From NCBI GenBank assembly GCA_002633005.1, contig NMRA01000453.1:124001-188000 (forward strand): a DNA stretch of 64,000 nt. The letters run 5' to 3'. Both the position numbers and the translations under genes were made by a program. Numbering within the stretch: the first letter of the stretch is position 1; each line of letters begins with the position of its first letter. Below, piece by piece: positions 63,461-64,000 of this stretch. This DNA comes from Phoronis australis. Lineage: Eukaryota > Animalia > Phoronida. The notes under the pieces are model-generated. The model made no database searches and had not been told where the DNA came from. It was given only the letters and a program-made list of their open reading frames with translations.

Positions 63461-64000
63461 ATTCTAGGGGGTTAATTCTGACATTTTCAAATGTTTAAGT
63501 GTTAGTTTTGTATAGTTTCTGTTTCTAAATATAATTTGACAAAGACAGATGGATTTCCATGAAAATCGTCAACTTTTTGTGACAACTGCCCAACCGCCTT
63601 AAAAGTGTTAAGATACACCAGAACTTTTCAAGTGTCAGTTTCACCAAAAATCAATCTAGGGTTTTATGAAATGTACCCATTTTAATATTCTTGGTGGAGG
63701 TGACTATCTACACTTTCATTATAGATAATTCCAAAGAAACCAGATTGATATAAAACCACGCAACAAATTTTATATAAAAACAAGACAAGGTATCATCAGC
63801 GGGCAGTGGCAGATTTTGAGGGGGAAAGCTAAAATTCTTTCCACTAGGAGGTTACAGCAGAGATGATAAAGTATCAGTGTGTAGTCAAGGCATTTTTTAT
63901 AAGAAAACCCATTTTCTGTAAAAGGCTTGGCATCGTCAATGTTTAGAGTACTGCTAAATGTGCAGTTACAGATACAGTACAGCCACTGAATTATTAGACT

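Noticed and set aside
62442-64000. Upstream TMEM17 exons
   Set aside because: No minus-strand segment with TMEM17 N-terminal features and proper splice sites was found; probably beyond the window.

Overview
This is eukaryotic (animal) genomic DNA from a gapped draft assembly: AT-rich, with GT-AG introns and dense repeats. An invertebrate, probably lophotrochozoan, host is my inference only. Most of the ORF track is spurious. Five genes can be built by hand. (1) A 5-exon D-2-hydroxyacid dehydrogenase (GRHPR-like, +, 24873-31727, 338 aa). (2) A divergent Shaw-like voltage-gated K+ channel with 2 coding exons (+, 37042-41893, 423 aa). It has a degenerate voltage sensor and S6 gate, and its stop codon is donated by a MITE. 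(3) An intronless casein kinase 1 alpha (+, 43553-44533). (4) A secreted Cys-containing TIMP/NtA-like protein (-, 49932-50621) with a clear TATA/Inr promoter. (5) The last two exons of TMEM17 (-). The rest is a mix of non-autonomous DNA transposons: two Helentron/HINE (DINE-1-like) families, hAT-like elements with 5- and 6-bp TSDs, Kolobok, Academ-like, Harbinger and Tc1/pogo MITEs, and LINE remnants, several of them nested. The least explained item is a decayed C2H2 zinc-finger gene between two inward-facing inverted promoter-like repeats (17040-18780). No CRISPR, rRNA, intact tRNA or prokaryotic system is supported. I see no convincing wholly new system, only candidates worth checking.
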